A DNA stretch of 64,000 bases from Chara braunii (taxonomy: Eukaryota > Plantae > Charophyceae): contig BFEA01000039.1 in assembly GCA_003427395.1 (NCBI GenBank), positions 1,852,779 through 1,916,778 of the forward strand. Reading direction: 5' to 3'. Below, one piece after another: positions 25,401 through 40,100 of this stretch (the stretch's first letter is position 1; every line of letters starts with the position of its first letter). Below the pieces are notes generated by a model, which saw nothing but the letters and a program-made list of their open reading frames with translations, was not told where the DNA came from and searched no databases. Position numbers and translations under genes: made by a program.

Positions 25401-28400
25401 GCGGGGGACAGGAGGGGCGGAAGATTGCATGCGTTTTCCTGACCCTCTGTGTCTTGTTGTTTACTGCAAAGTGATGGTTCCTTCGGTATGGTTGTCTCAA
25501 GGGGCATAGTATAGTCGAGCTTACAATCTGAATGTCTGTTATGCCTGTCATCAGCCAGGACATCTAGCCCGTGATTGCCCCCACCGACCCCCACAACAGC
25601 GGATCGGGGTCGCGCCCATGGCTGCGGCCCCCATCGCTAACGGACCTGGACGAGTCGGAGCTTTGATGGAAGAAGTAGAGGGTGGGGGAAGTGCCCTGGC
25701 CACCACGGAAGAGGCCGCCGAGCTAATCCCGCTAGATCAGTACGTATCCGTTGGTTATCCCGGGCTTGGAATGATCGGAACAATCAGACCAGCACCAGAA
25801 CCAAAAGAGGTGGCGGAGTGGCGACCGTCTCTAGGAGAAATGGAGTCGGGAGGACCCACCTTCGTCACGGGAGAGATCGATGTATTAAACAAGTGGAATC
25901 TGGCCCCGAGCCTTGGACCATCGGATTCCACTTCCGATCGGTCATCTACTCTCGATCTCCGAGCAAGCCAATGAGCGAATGCTACAGCATTGCAAAGCAA
26001 ACCCATGTTCCTGTAGACTGTAGTTTTGCTAGGCTCGACAGGATGCAAACGATTGGTTGTGAGGGTTATGCAAGTGGAATCTGGCCTAGAGCCTAGAGGG
26101 ACCTGACATTTCTTGATTTGTACAGGTCCTACTTGTCCATCCAATGGTCATGCTAATGTTCTGTATATGCTGATGATGAGTTTGATGGGCCTAGCTCAGT
26201 GGTTAACCCATGAACTGTTGAAATACAGACCAGAGATCGAATCCAGATGAAGTTGATGAACAGAATAAAATAATTCTGAATTACCTGGGGCCGGTCAGTT
26301 CGATGATGAACCGTTGCCCTTTTTTGAGAGGAAAAAAAAAACTTGTGCGTTGCTCAGATTTTAGCGGATGTCTCCAAGGAAAGTGAGCTGATACTTCTGC
26401 CGCCATTCTTTTTTTCCTTTTTCTGTTTCTTTTTCTCTTTTCTTTTTTTTTCTTTTTTTTTCTTCTTTTTTCTTTCCTTGGAAAGACGAGTATTGAGATA
26501 TCCTAAATCTTGGTGCAGTCGGGGGAAGGCTGATGAACTCTCACAAAAGAAATGAACTGATCCTCCTCGACATCAGCATGTGTGGCCAGTCAAGAGCCCA
26601 TCCACCTTCAGGATGGCAGGTTTTCATATTTAGTGGACATTTACATAAACCAATTAAATGATTTAAATCTGATCTGACGTCAGACTTACAGTATGTAGCC
26701 TTTTGTTTGTTGTCTTCTGGTGGCTTTCTCACATGTGCAGGGCTTAGCCATAGCAGTTTCACGACAAGCTCGCAACTCTGTTCACAGCTTCGGAGAGTGG
26801 TTGGTGGCGGGTATTGTGATGATGTTATTGCGTCCTCTTAATCGATTGGCACAGGTGCTTGTATATAGAAAGATCCGATTAGCGCTGGGGATCACCACGG
26901 TAATTTCCTTTTCCTGCTCCATCAGCCTCCATGTGAAAAAATGTGATGTTGTTCGATGCTCTACACATTTGCAACTAGGTCTCTTTCTCTCTTTTCTTCT
27001 CAGCCTGCTCTGCCACTCACTCCCTATTTCTCTGTCCAGCAATTTGGCTCTGGACACATAAGAGTTTGTAGGAGGATAGTAAGGATTGACAATTTGACAT
27101 GGATTGAGATTTGAGATGTCGGGGTACCTGTATGCGCATCTTGCATACGGCTGCGTATTAGGTTCATCATCACCCCTTTTCCTTAGTCTGTAAATGATAA
27201 AAATGTACATATGAGTCTATAAATAATAAAGATGTATATATGAATAGGACAAAGAGTCCTGTTGTGTCTGCCGTGCCATAGGAGGACAAAGAGTCCTTGT
27301 GTGTCAGCCGTGCCAGAGTGGTTGGACAAAGAGTCCTTGTGTGTCAGCCGTGCCAGAGTGGTTGGACAAAGAGTCGCGTCGTTCTGGTGGAGGGGGAAGA
27401 GGAAGGATTCTGTGGAATCTCTTATGAATTTCAAGAACCTCAAGTACTTCTATCCATCATCTCACTTACAGACTTGGTTGAGATGAGAGCACACTTCGGA
27501 TTGCGACTCCACGGAAAATTGGAATTGATGGAACCCGAAAAAGGTGATCTAGAATTGAGTGCCCTGCCTCCCTGAGCAACATGCTTCACCATGCAAGCAC
27601 ACAGGAAGCGGCTGAATCAGACAGCTGGGATCTGCAACTGCTAATAAAAATCTGCTATATATGCTGATAGTGTCTGCCACCGTTGCCTGACCCATCCTGT
27701 CCTGCTGAAGTCATGCGCCCCTAGCCATGCCTTGAAGTAGCCCCCTGTTCATTCACTGGGCGCCATCTCTGCAGTTCACGCATGCGAGCAGTCAACGAGC
27801 CAGAGGTCCAGGCCCTAGAAACATGAACACGGAATCGTTGCGGATGCTTCACCATGCAAGCACACAGGAAGCGGCTGAATCGGACAGCTGGGATCTGCAA
27901 CTGCTAATAAAAGTCTGCTATATATGCTGATAGTGTCTGCCAGCATTGCCTGACCCATCCTGTCCTGCTGAAGTCATGCGCCCCGAGTCATGCCTTGAAG
28001 TAGCCCCCTGTTCATTCATCGGGCGCCATCTCTGCAGTTCCCGCATGCAAGCAGTCAACGAGCCAGAGTTCCAAGCCCTAAAAACATGAGCACGGAATCG
28101 TCGCGGATACGGTGGATTTCTTCCCTTCAAGTGTCCACAAGTGCAATAATTCGGGGTGGATCTCGCCATCAAGGCGCCCATATACATTGGGAAGGTTCTA
28201 GCTTGAGTATGCCCTCAAAAATGACTGCCTCCTTTTGCCTGTAGGTTCACAGTTAGAGTGCTTCTGGGCCCTAACGGTAGGGTCTCGTAGTTTTCTGTGG
28301 TTCGTGTCGTGGTGGTTGCTCATCGCTGAACATCGTGAGGCTTTCTGCTGATGGGGGTGCATCCTTCCTCATGGGCAAATCTCACCATAGCCGTGAAAGT

Positions 28401-30034
28401 TTCATCTCACTTACTTCTCCAGAGATGGCGGGCAAAGTTGGAGGTGGGAAGCTGCCTGGGGATCAGTCCGTGTACAGGCGCTCATTCCCTCTTCGTGCGG
28501 CCATTGACCCATCTGCAATTTCTCTCTCCGCCTCTTTCTCCTCTTGGGCGTTCTGCATCTACCTTGCCAGTCCCTTCACACACGTGAACGGGGAACAACA
28601 AGAAAATACACAGAGTTGATGTAACAGGAAGACCCTAGAGAACCTTCCAGGTGCATGGCAAGGAGGACAGGACTTGTGTTTATGCCCAAAAAGCATGAAA
28701 CTGGCTGCGATAGAGGACATGTTCATGAGCTTCCATAGAATGACCATAGCACCAGGGCCAGTCCCAAGAGGGGTTGTTATAGGGGGTTATAGGGGTGGTA
28801 TAGGGGGTATNNNNNNNNNNNNNNNNNNNNNNNNNNNNNNNNNNNNNNNNNNNNNNNNNNNNNNNNNNNNNNNNNNNNNNNNNNNNNNNNNNNNNNNNNN
28901 NNNNNNNNNNNNNNNNNNNNNNNNNNNNNNNNNNNNNNNNNNNNNNNNNNGGTTTGAGGGTGTTGGGGGGGTGTATGAGGGTATTGGGGTGTTTGTGCCG
29001 ACGATCCCTGACTGGTAGGTGCCGACCTGTCGACCAGTCGGCTAGTCGGCAGCCGACCAGTCAAGGGGCGCCGACTGTCGGGGTATGCAACACTGGTTAT
29101 ACACGTCTGGAAAATGCTGATCTGGTGCAGAGTTTGTGACTTCATGCCTCTCTACTTCCTTATCGGAGTGACATCAACGTTATTGAGCATCTCCATTGTT
29201 TTCTTTTCCCTTCATTTTAATAACAATTATAATATAATGTTTTTTAAACCTTTTTTTTTTTTTTTAAGAAACATCGACGACGGGTGTGGGGGAGGTGCTG
29301 ATAAGAGCAGACACCTCCTCCACCATTCCCGCATTTGGCCGCTTCGTTCCTCTATTATCGATTGAAGGGAGAAGAAGGTAGTTATTGGAGATGGATGATC
29401 TAATAGCAACAGACTAACTTAGGCAAGGGTGAGGGGAGGTACATCCTTCCAAGTTTGGAAGTAATCAATGCCGCCCACTCCAGTCTCCCTACCATAAAGG
29501 GGAGAAGTGTTTGCAGTGAGTTGTACCTTGTATTTTCACTTGCCGGTGCAATAGGAACCGGACTGACGCTCCACACAATGGTTATGGAGCCAGAGCTGTA
29601 CGACCCTGTTTACCGTCCTTTTTTTCTTTTTTCCTCAAGATATATATATATTTTTTTGTGGTTAATGTTTTGTTATTGACATGATCTCCGTTTTGACGTC
29701 TTATTTGGTGCTATCGTTCAGGTTGCAATCAGTGGTGGAGGAAGTCTAGCACCCCATGTGGATGAATTTTTCCAGGTAGATCTTCTTCCCACTTTGGCAA
29801 AGGGCCAAGCCCCACTGGTGGTACAAAGATATCATGACCCTGTTGGCCCATTTTTGCTATGCAGCTGGCCAAAGTTCCAGTGGACTGCTATGAGGTTACC
29901 GCTTCAGAAATCCAGTGCTCATTTCTCCTTCAATTCTCGATACTGTGTTTGAGCCTTGAGGCTTAGGGTTTAGGGTTCAGGGCATTTGGGATAAAGTTCC
30001 GTGTGCAGGTGTTGGTGGTGGAGGAAGAATGAGC

Positions 30035-30072
<38 letters not shown>

Positions 30073-32967
30073 ATAACTTTGAAAAAACGACGGAAAAAAA
30101 CGAGGAGAAGCAGTTTTTCTTTCCTATGATCCTATCTGATTTTATCATTTTAGTTTCTAAATAAGGAACTTGAAATTAACTTCACCTGACTGAGAGAGAG
30201 AGGGGAAAAAAAGATTAAAAAAAAATTGAGAGAGAGAGAGGGGGCAAAACTTCAAAAAAAAAAAAAAAAGAAAAAAAAAAAAAACTTAAGGCGGTGAGGC
30301 TGACTGGATTCAGACATCTGGTCCATATGTCAGGTCGGATATGTCAGGAAATCTGGGCAACTTGGAAAAATGATAAAAAAAAATAAAAAATCCAATTTAT
30401 GTTTCTGAAGAATCTGAACAGTTTTTCAGATCTTTTATTTGTCGATTTTGTGCATGTCAACTAGAGCACAAATATGAGCTTATTTCTGAAAAGTTGAAAA
30501 CAATGTCTTGACGGTCAAAGGGGGTTCCACTGGTTATAGACAGGGTTTAGAGGGGTTTTAAAGTTTTGAAAAAAGATTCAAAACATTTCCCTATGCCAGA
30601 TGCTGGCAGAAAATCCCCCTTCTCCTTTTGAGGGTAACCTGGGACAAAAACTTCTATGGAGCTCGGACCCGGCTTATTGTCGTTGCCATCACCCCCACTG
30701 CATGGAGACTTACAGGCCGAGGTTGCCGGTTCGATTCTCTGCGTTGTCATGGAGGGATTCAAGGTCGAAGGTACTTATCCGGATTCAGTACACAGTGTAC
30801 TCCCTGGCTACTGTACCAGGTTTCAGTTGATGTAGGCGGTCTTAGCCCCACCGTAGCGGGTTCGAGTCCTGGCTGGCTCGAATGAGTGCCCGCGATCAGA
30901 ATCTGCCATATTGGACTCCGGCGCATTTGCATCCCCGGCCGGGTACTCCATGGGGGGATGGTCGCAAGGCTGTGTAGGTGTTGTATGGGGGGTCTTGCCC
31001 GCTGAGCGTCCTGCTGGCTGTGCTTACAACATACACAGTTGTGGGGGGGAGGGTCGCTGAGGGACTGGGTACCATTGGGAGTCTCCCGCCTTGGAATGCC
31101 CCTTTACTCTGCCCTGGGTGTGTCGCGGGAGTGATTATAAAACTGGGCCCATCAGGGTAGGACCTGCCAACAGCTTAGCCTGCACGACCTTAAAAGAAGA
31201 ATAAGAAAAAGAATCAGGTGCTGGAAAGACAGAGTGTACTCTTGCTTGCCTGTAACAAGCAACGGGACTGACGGCCCCCAGAATAGGAGGGGCTTGTGTG
31301 TTGTCGGAGCGTCTGGAGACCGTGGCCTGAAGCAGTGACGTGTGTGCGAACAAGTGAGTTCCGGTTGGGTAGTGCAGCCATGCGGGGGCCGCTTGGATGT
31401 CAAAACTGGTATAGCCCCACTTTCCTACATGGCATCATATCGCCCAGTGGTAAAGATCCTCAGCTCTTAAACCACCAGTACTTGGCCCAGCTATCGATGC
31501 CGAGCCTGGAATGCCCCAATTTTCGCCGAAGCGCCGGGGTACCGTTTCGAAATGTTTTTGGCTGGCGCTTCCAGCCATTGTGGTCCGGTACCCCGAAGCC
31601 CTAAAGGCGCGGCGCGTTAACGGGAATGCGCCGCGGCTGATAGCTGGGGCAAGTACTGGTGGTTTAAACCACCACTGCATGGGAGGGCCTTTTCCTGAAA
31701 TACTGGGTGCTATAGGCCCAGATTTCCCCCTGCTGGACGGCCAGAAAGTGGTGTGGTACCTGGCCTCGTTAGGCTCAACTGGTCAGGTCTGGTGGCTTTC
31801 CCAGGCAATGTCGAGAACCGAAAATGCGCGACAATCCAGGTTCTTTGGATGAATACTGCTACTGAACAAAAATGGCTAGTGACGCCCGTCAAAAGAAAAA
31901 CAAAACGCCGCCCTGGCGGTTCTTCCTTTCGGGTGCGCAGGGGAAATCCGCCTTGGCAAAAAGAGGCTCAGATGTACTGGCGGTTTAAACCACCAGCACC
32001 TTTCCCAGCGATTTTTCAGAGATGCAGCTTTTTTTTGGGGCCGGATCGCGCCATGATGAATTTCATCGGTGGACGATGTCGCAATGAGGTGCCCGCGGCC
32101 GATGTGTGGGCGAGGTACTGGTGGTTTAAGGCTGTGGTCACTGGTTCGATCCCATGCATTGTCAGGGATGGATCTAAGCCTTCTATGGTAATGATCATTG
32201 TCCAGACTCCACAGTTTCATGGTTTTGCTGAGAAAATCTGCAAGTCACAAAGCGTGCACTCTCTGCTTACCATCTTGATTGTATCTATGGTTAGTCGCTT
32301 TTATAGTTTTATAATTTTATAATTTTTATTGGCATTTCTCTGTTACAACTTCTTTTTAAAACCACCAGTACCTCCGATCCTCTTTTTCCTGATGCAGGTT
32401 TGCACTGCGTGCCGAAGAAAAACGAACTGCGAGGGGTGTGTTTTCTTTTCTTTTTTGGCTGTCACCACCAGACATTCGGATCCGGTAGCACTGTTCATCT
32501 GAAGAATGCGTTGGTGGAATAATTTGTCACAAAAAGTTTGCCTGGGAGAGGTTCTGGTGGGTTTAATGCTTGTGGCAAGCTTTTAGGATTTTTTTTTGTT
32601 TTTTTGAGGTGATAACACTGATAACTTGTGATAAGTTGATAACGCAGTGAAGGCATACACACACTAGGACTATTTTAAAATTTAAATGTATCAGACCACA
32701 TTTACGGCTTTGACCAGTATGCATCTGGCCGCAATTCCGTCCAGAAATAAGAAAAAAAGTGCCAGTGTGAGTATAATAATGCCCTGATGCGGCATAAAAT
32801 GTCCAAAGCTGGCAACGCTCACAGCTAGGTGATGGTTTTAGGAAAGACGAAGGAAGACAAGATGGAAGGAAAATTGAGGGGGGGGGAGAGGGGGGAATTA
32901 AAAAAATAGTAAGTGTCGTTCTCACGTGAAGCACTTCCTGAAGTTCCTGTTGCTTTTTTCACTGCTG

Positions 32968-33001
<34 letters not shown>

Positions 33002-35199
33002 TTATAATCGGGCTTCCGCTCCTAAATGGCTATGGGTTGACTGAGACCTCACCAGTACTTACTGCAAGAAGAATTAATGCAAATGTAAGGACCCCCCCCC
33101 CCCCTCTCCTCTCCCCCCCACAAGTTCACATTCTCCTCTTCTTTTGTGTCACTTTTTTTTCTTTTTTTCTTTTTTTAGAAAGGTTAATTTTATTCCAAAG
33201 GCATATATGAGGCCGGGGACCTATCACTTTCTTTATTTCCCTTTCTATCCCTTTCTCAATTTCCTTTTTATCCTTTTCTTCACGAGTTTGGTCAACGTAA
33301 ACCATTTTCTGTAATAGACTAATTAGTAATTAGTAATTAGTAATTAGTAATTAGTAATTAGTAATTTGTAATTTGTAATTAGTAGTTTGTAATTCCAAAT
33401 CAAAACTTTCGTAAGGTGTCCTTCGGGACATCCGTTAAACAATTGGAAGGATACAGAGAAGAGTTGCACGGCCCCTTTGCAAGGATGACAGGATTGAAAA
33501 GAAGGAAAAAGAAAAAACTTTGACAAGGGGCATGCTAGCAGGCGGTCCTGATATACGATCTCTGTAAGGCTTCCATGGTCTGGGCTCATGCAATAACCAG
33601 GGATTGGCATTACAGCACTATTGGTTTCCTAGATGCGGAGGTTTGCATTGTTTCTACACCTTCAGCATCTTTCTCCTTTCCTGCAGCTTCTGCCCCCTCG
33701 TCCTCCATTCACACCTTTCCTCCCAAGCTTCCCTTCATCCTCCTTTCTATACTTTTTCGGAAGTTTTTCTTTTTCCTCGTCTTTCTTTGCTTATCCTTTT
33801 CCTACTTCTGCCCTTCCTTTGCCTCCTCCCCCGAGCTTTCTGCCTACCTTTTTCTCCGTTTTGCCTCCCATCCTTCCTCTATTATCCCTTCGCTTGTGCT
33901 CCTTCATCGCTTTCCCTCCTGCTTCCTCCTTTCTTTTCCTTGATCCCTCCCTCCCTCCCTGCCTCCCTCATTGTTCTCCTTTCCGTTCCCTTCCTACTTT
34001 TGCTTCCCTTTCCCTATGTTCTTCCCCTATATTCTCCCTCCCTCCACTTTCCTTCGCTCCCTTTTCTTTTTACTCTTACCTTACCTCTTTTCACTTTGCT
34101 GTCTTTCCTCCTCTCCTTCTCTCTTCCTCCTGTCTCTTATACACATCTAGATGTGTATAAGAGACAGACTTGTAACTCTGTTTGGCGCTGAACACTCATC
34201 AAACAGCACTAAAAGCTTTGACTATTGAGTTGAGCTTCCTGGTTCTCATTTATTTTCTATTGGGCTTTGTGTGAGACATTGCAATCTGTNNNNNNNNNNN
34301 NNNNNNNNNNNNNNNNNNNNNNNNNNNNNNNNNNNNNNNNNNNNNNNNNNNNNNNNNNNNNNNNNNNNNNNNNNNNNNNNNNNNNNNNNNNNNNNNNNNN
34401 NNNNNNNNNNNNNNNNNNNNNNNNNNNNNNNNNNNNNNNNNNNNNNNNNNNNNNNNNNNNNNNNNNNNNNNNNNNNNNNNNNNNNNNNNNNNNNNNNNNN
34501 NNNNNNNNNNNNNNNNNNNNNNNNNNNNNNNNNNNNNNNNNNNNNNNNNNNNNNNNNNNNNNNNNNNNNNNNNNNNNNNNNNNNNNNNNNNNNNNNNNNN
34601 NNNNNNNNNNNNNNNNNNNNNNNNNNNNNNNNNNNNNNNNNNNNNNNNNNNNNNNNNNNNNNNNNNNNNNNNNNNNNNNNNNNNNNNNNNNNNNNNNNNN
34701 NNNNNNNNNNNNNNNNNNNNNNNNNNNNNNNNNNNNNNNNNNNNNNNNNNNNNNNNNNNNNNNNNNNNNNNNNNNNNNNNNNNNNNNNNNNNNNNNNNNN
34801 NNNNNNNNNNNNNNNNNNNNNNNNNNNNNNNNNNNNNNNNNNNNNNNNNNNNNNNNNNNNNNNNNNNNNNNNNNNNNNNNNNNNNNNNNNNNNNNNNNNN
34901 NNNNNNNNNNNNNNNNNNNNNNNNNNNNNNNNNNNNNNNNNNNNNNNNNNNNNNNNNNNNNNNNNNNNNNNNNNNNNNNNNNNNNNNNNNNNNNNNNNNN
35001 NNNNNNNNNNNNNNNNNNNNNNNNNNNNNNNNNNNNNNNNNNNNNNNNNNNNNNNNNNNNNNNNNNNNNNNNNNNNNNNNNNNNNNNNNNNNNNNNNNNN
35101 NNNNNNNNNNNNNNNNNNNNNNNNNNNNNNNNNNNNNNNNNNNNNNNNNNNNNNNNNNNNNNNNNNNNNNNNNNNNNNNNNNNNNNNNNNNNNNNNNNN

Positions 35200-35285
<86 letters not shown>

Positions 35286-37005
35286 TACTCTGCCCTTTTC
35301 ATAGCGTGCAAGTGGGCTGTTATGGCAGATGGGAATGTGGGCAGCTCGTGCTCAACTACAACATCGACATGGCGGGCCGTGTGCATGAGGCGGACAGTAA
35401 ACACACATGCACACACAGACAACACACAACACAAAACACACACGCACACTGCCCCTTAACTCTGCCTCCTTTTCATAGCATGCAAGCGGGCTGTTATGGC
35501 ACATGGAGATGTGGGCAGCTAGTGGTCAACAACTACATCGACATGGCAGGCCTTGTACATGAGAGGGACAGTAAAGGGGGAGCTAAAAGGAGAAGAAGAA
35601 AAGAGAAACCGGAGAAACCGCGAAAAAAGATGAAGTAAGGAAGGAGAAGAAAGAACTGCACAGAAAAAGGCAAGCAACAGTTTTAGTGTGCTTCACATTG
35701 TTTGCTTTTTTTTTTTTTCTTCGTTTGACTCCTTTAGTGGATAGCCATGTGAGGTAAAGCTGTTTCAATTTTGGATCTACCTATCTGGGTGGAAAAGGGG
35801 TTGTTCTAGCAACAGTCTTCAACACACGCACACACAGCTTGTAGCTCTGTGACTATAAATGCAGCGACCAAAGGTACCACCCAGTGGCTAACAGCAACCT
35901 GCAGCTGAACCCCTCGAACGCATTTTCGCAGGTACGTAGTGCCATGCGCTGACAAAAGGAACCTCGGTATTCCGAGCGGCCCAGGGGCTTTACAACAAGT
36001 CCATCCGAAGTTTACTGTTCATCCGTTTTTGAATACGAGTACCGCGGGCCCGTTCGGCTCCAGGGCCGGTAGAGAGATGGATGAGCAGGCCGGTAGAGAG
36101 ATGGATGAACAGGCCGGTAGAGCAATGGATGAACAGTTCCTTCAGGCCCCAAAATGTCTGTGGGAACTGCAGACTTTTCAATAATAAAGAGGCCGGTACT
36201 GGTACCTTGTTGATTCTCCCACTGCCGATACTGGTCGCTTTTAGGCTCGGCAAAATGCATTTTTTGGTTCGTTATTTTGGCTTCGGATGGACTGGTGGTT
36301 TAAGGCTCTCACATGCATCCTCCGTAAATTGATCCGTTGATGGGTTGCTTGTGCGTCACCTTCTGCAGGCTTTGGGCTCGGTTGGGCCGCCAGTGCCGTT
36401 CACAGAAGTTAAGGTTGTCGACCCTGTTACTGGTGAGAGCATGCCAGATGGTGTGAAAGGTCTTGTGAAAGTCAAGGGACCTCAAGTCATGAAGGGCTAT
36501 TACAAGGTGGGCCCCAGCTTCTGCCCTGTGTTTTCCGCGTCAAATTTTAACAAGTAGATGTCCGTCCACTCCGGTAGCCGAAAACCCATGTGCAACTGCT
36601 TTTTTCTTGATGGTGCGTGTGTGTGCTATTTTTTGTCATCCTCGTCGTCATGCGCCTTTGAAAACTTGTGTCTCCACTGACCAAGTGCTCTGATTTCCTC
36701 TCCATGACTTTCCAGTTTGGATTTGTGTCCAATGATCTCACAATAACAGCAGACAGCTTGTTTCACGATAGTGGAAATGCATAGTAAAGTTAAATAAACA
36801 ATGGCCAAAAAAAAAAAGAACGTTGGCTATGATTGTATCGTCGGGTACAGCTCTCAGTTTCTGCAGTGTTTGGTGGTCGAGGGAAAAAAAAAAAAAAAAA
36901 AAAAAAAACAGTTTCTGCAGTGTTTGGTGGTTGAAACCCAAGGTGCTTGCCAGCCTTGCCTCCTGCCATGCCAGGTTCTTCCAATTTGCTTGGGCAAAAG
37001 AAAAG

Positions 37006-37078
<73 letters not shown>

Positions 37079-37079
37079 N

Positions 37080-37139
<60 letters not shown>

Positions 37140-40100
37140 GTTGTGGGGGGGGGAAGGCAAGCCACACATGCGCACACACACACAAGTTACGACTGTGACA
37201 AATTTGCTTCTCTTACTTACTGCCACTGTTGTCAGGGGTCGTTTAGATCGACAGTTTCCCAGGATCGCAGGGTTGGTGTGAGTGGTGATTCCTTATCCAT
37301 TCATTTTACTGAAATGTTCCCTGGACAGAGGTTCAACCTCCTAATGAGTCAGTGAAAGTCTGACGAAATAGTCTGTTCGGCACAGGCACACTTTTTCTGT
37401 GAAGTTAGTTGTGTATAGCAAACATGAGAACACACACAAGTTTCTTCATTCCCATTAGCTCTGTGAATGTTTCAGCCTTTCAGGTCGGTGTACCATGACA
37501 TGATAGGGACCCGGGGTTATACAGCTCGAACTCGGAGTCCCTGGAATTCTGGTTCGTGGAGACTGGGAGTGCCTGGGAATCCCTGAGCTGTATAATTTTG
37601 AGTGCCAATGGCGTGGATGGTTCTTCTTTTCAAAGGCTAATTCTTTTAAGCCCAACCAAAAATTCAATCACCTGTCAAATCTGGACAGGAAAGCCTTCCA
37701 GGCCTTTTTTATTAACATTATAGAAGTACGAAACCCGGTAGCAGCCCCGACCGTGTTCAACCAGGGAACATGCGGGAGCTGCACCCACCAGTAGGTGCGA
37801 TACCTGCTTCAGCAGGTGGGCGATACCGGCCTGGGGTCAGCCGGTAGCATCAGAGACCGAGCTAATTCGATGGGCCAGTCACTCTGCCTCCCCCCTCTAG
37901 TCCCCTCTCCCTACGAACATCGGCAGTCAATGCCGCTCGGGGGAACCAATGGCCTATCTCTAGGTGGCGGGCACCAAGCTTGCCCCAGGAAGGTACGTGA
38001 GGCCAATTGGGACTGAACTCAAGAACTCCGGAATGCCGCTTGCGTGCCTTGCCAACTGAGCTAGGCCACTGGTTTAGCGTGGATGGTTCAAATATCCTCA
38101 AGTCTTCCTTTTTTTTTCTTTAATTTGGATCATTTCTCGATTTGTGTGTGTCATCATTACACAAGGGAGATGCTAATCTATCTTCTCTCTATCACTCCAA
38201 TTTTAAGGGATATTCCCAAGGACTACCTGCCAGATTTCGGAAAGCCTGTTAGATGAGAAATAGGGTGTGCACCAATGAGCATAGCTGGTACACCAATGAA
38301 CTGTTGGAATACAGACCCAAGCTCGGATCCAGAAGCAATCCAATGACCGGAATAAAATATTTTCTGAATTGCATGGGGCTGCTCTCAAGGCCAGATATGG
38401 TGTCAACGTAAAGTCAACAAGTGAGTGATAGAACAAACAAGGGAGTGTGTTTCTATATATATGGCCCTTGGGTGGGGGGTCTCTTTTTTTAATGTTGTGC
38501 GGACTCATTTTCAGAATCAATCAGCGGGGGTTTGTAACACATGCCAGTCGGGTGTGGTTTCTTTTTGGACGCAATGCGCAGAATCCAGCTGGGACGATTG
38601 CAATTATAGATGAGGATGGCTGGTTTGACACAGGGGATCTTGGCTGGATAAGCCCCAAGAGCAAGAACCTAGCTTCGAGAAACTGCGGAGGAATGCTTGT
38701 ACTGGAAGGAAGGGCCAAGGACACTATTGTCCTTTCCAGTGGTAATGTTACCTGTTCTATTCTTGTCGGTGGGGGGGTCATGAAACCGAAGTAATTGCAA
38801 TGTCACTTGGAGAATTACATCTCGCAGCATAAACCACATTGTAGCAGTGCAGCGATAACGCATGCATCATCAGACCGTCTCGCTCTGCTGCTCAGTATCC
38901 TGCTATGTCGTAATTAGTCACTGGTAACTTGGTAACTTAGTAAGTTACGGCCATATCATATAGAGTAATTAGCATACATGCAGCGCATGACGTGCGTGCA
39001 AGTTGCGCATGTGCACCGCCGCATTGCGCGCATACGTGATGCGGCGCAATTACGAATTACAAAAACAAAAAAAATCAAAAGGGCGCTGGCTGTGGTAACT
39101 AAATGTGTGCCTCCCTTTTGAAAATTGTAAGTGCACAGAAAGAAAAAAACAATTTGGGGCCACACCGTACTATATGCAGGGGGACCTTCTCATGGTACTT
39201 GGATTGTCTCGAGCTGTTGATTGATACTCCAGCAAGGTCTTTGTTTTTCTCCATCTTTTTTGGTGCCAATGGAATTGCTGTTTCGATCCTTTGAACTCCT
39301 CTTGGTTCTTTGGCTCGTTGATGGTGGTTGTGGTTTCAATCAGGCGGTCGCAGTATCAGAAATTTTGCGGGCGTTTTCTGCGATCAGTGCACCGCACTGC
39401 GCAGCGCACCTCACGTAAGCGCTGCAAGTATGGTAATTAGATATGTTACCAGAGTCACCCTGCCCGGGCTGTCTGGCCGGGCGACCCGGGCGAACTTGAA
39501 TTGGGGGGTGACCCGCCCGGGGTACCCGGGTGATAACAAAAAGGGGGTCAATTTTTTTCTTTTTCTTTTTGGCAGTGGGGCAATTTTGTCCCCACTGAGA
39601 GGTGCCCAAATCCAGCCTTATCTTTGAGTTTGGTGATATCTCACCGAAGGGTGTCTATGGGGTATAAGCGGGGTTCGAAAGGGCTCGGAGGGGCTTAATT
39701 CCATAGCGAATTTTGTGGCCACCCTCAGGCAAAAGATGTTTGGTTTGACCTGAACTTTGCCCGGACCTGTGCCGGCCCGGCCACTTGGGCCAATCTGGGG
39801 CAACCCGGGCCGCCCGATGGTAACACAGGTAATTAGTAGCTATTCACTTATTAGTAGTTGTTACTAAGTTATTAGCAGTTAGAAGTTCTAAGCTTTGGGC
39901 CAAGTGGTCCTCTTTTTTTTTCCGACCCGTCTCTTTCTTGGGCTCGTTGCGGGCTTGCTATGTTTGTGCCGATTTAGTGTGTGGTGTGCGCATTCTGCAG
40001 GGCGGGTGCACTTTGCTTGTAGAGGGTGAGGGTCCCCGCACTTTGTAGGTTTATCAGAAATGCTCCCTGCAGCAGCTGTTTAATGTTGTTCTTTTAAAAA

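Noticed and set aside
26187-26260. Functional tRNA-Phe gene
   Set aside because: The acceptor stem is not closed and it continues into a shared SINE body with an A-tail.
29963-29982. Telomeric TTTAGGG array (also ~51320-51350)
   Set aside because: Only two to four degenerate units, too short to call.
31467-32129. CRISPR-like palindromic repeat-spacer array
   Set aside because: The repeats are abutting MITE TIRs around TTAA, the spacers are 137-317 bp, there are no cas genes and the context is eukaryotic.
36738-37355. RERE/SLSL/CVCV/proline-rich ORFs (also near 15460, 18880, 33600, 58140, 59190)
   Set aside because: Translations of (GA)n, (GT)n and CT-rich microsatellites.
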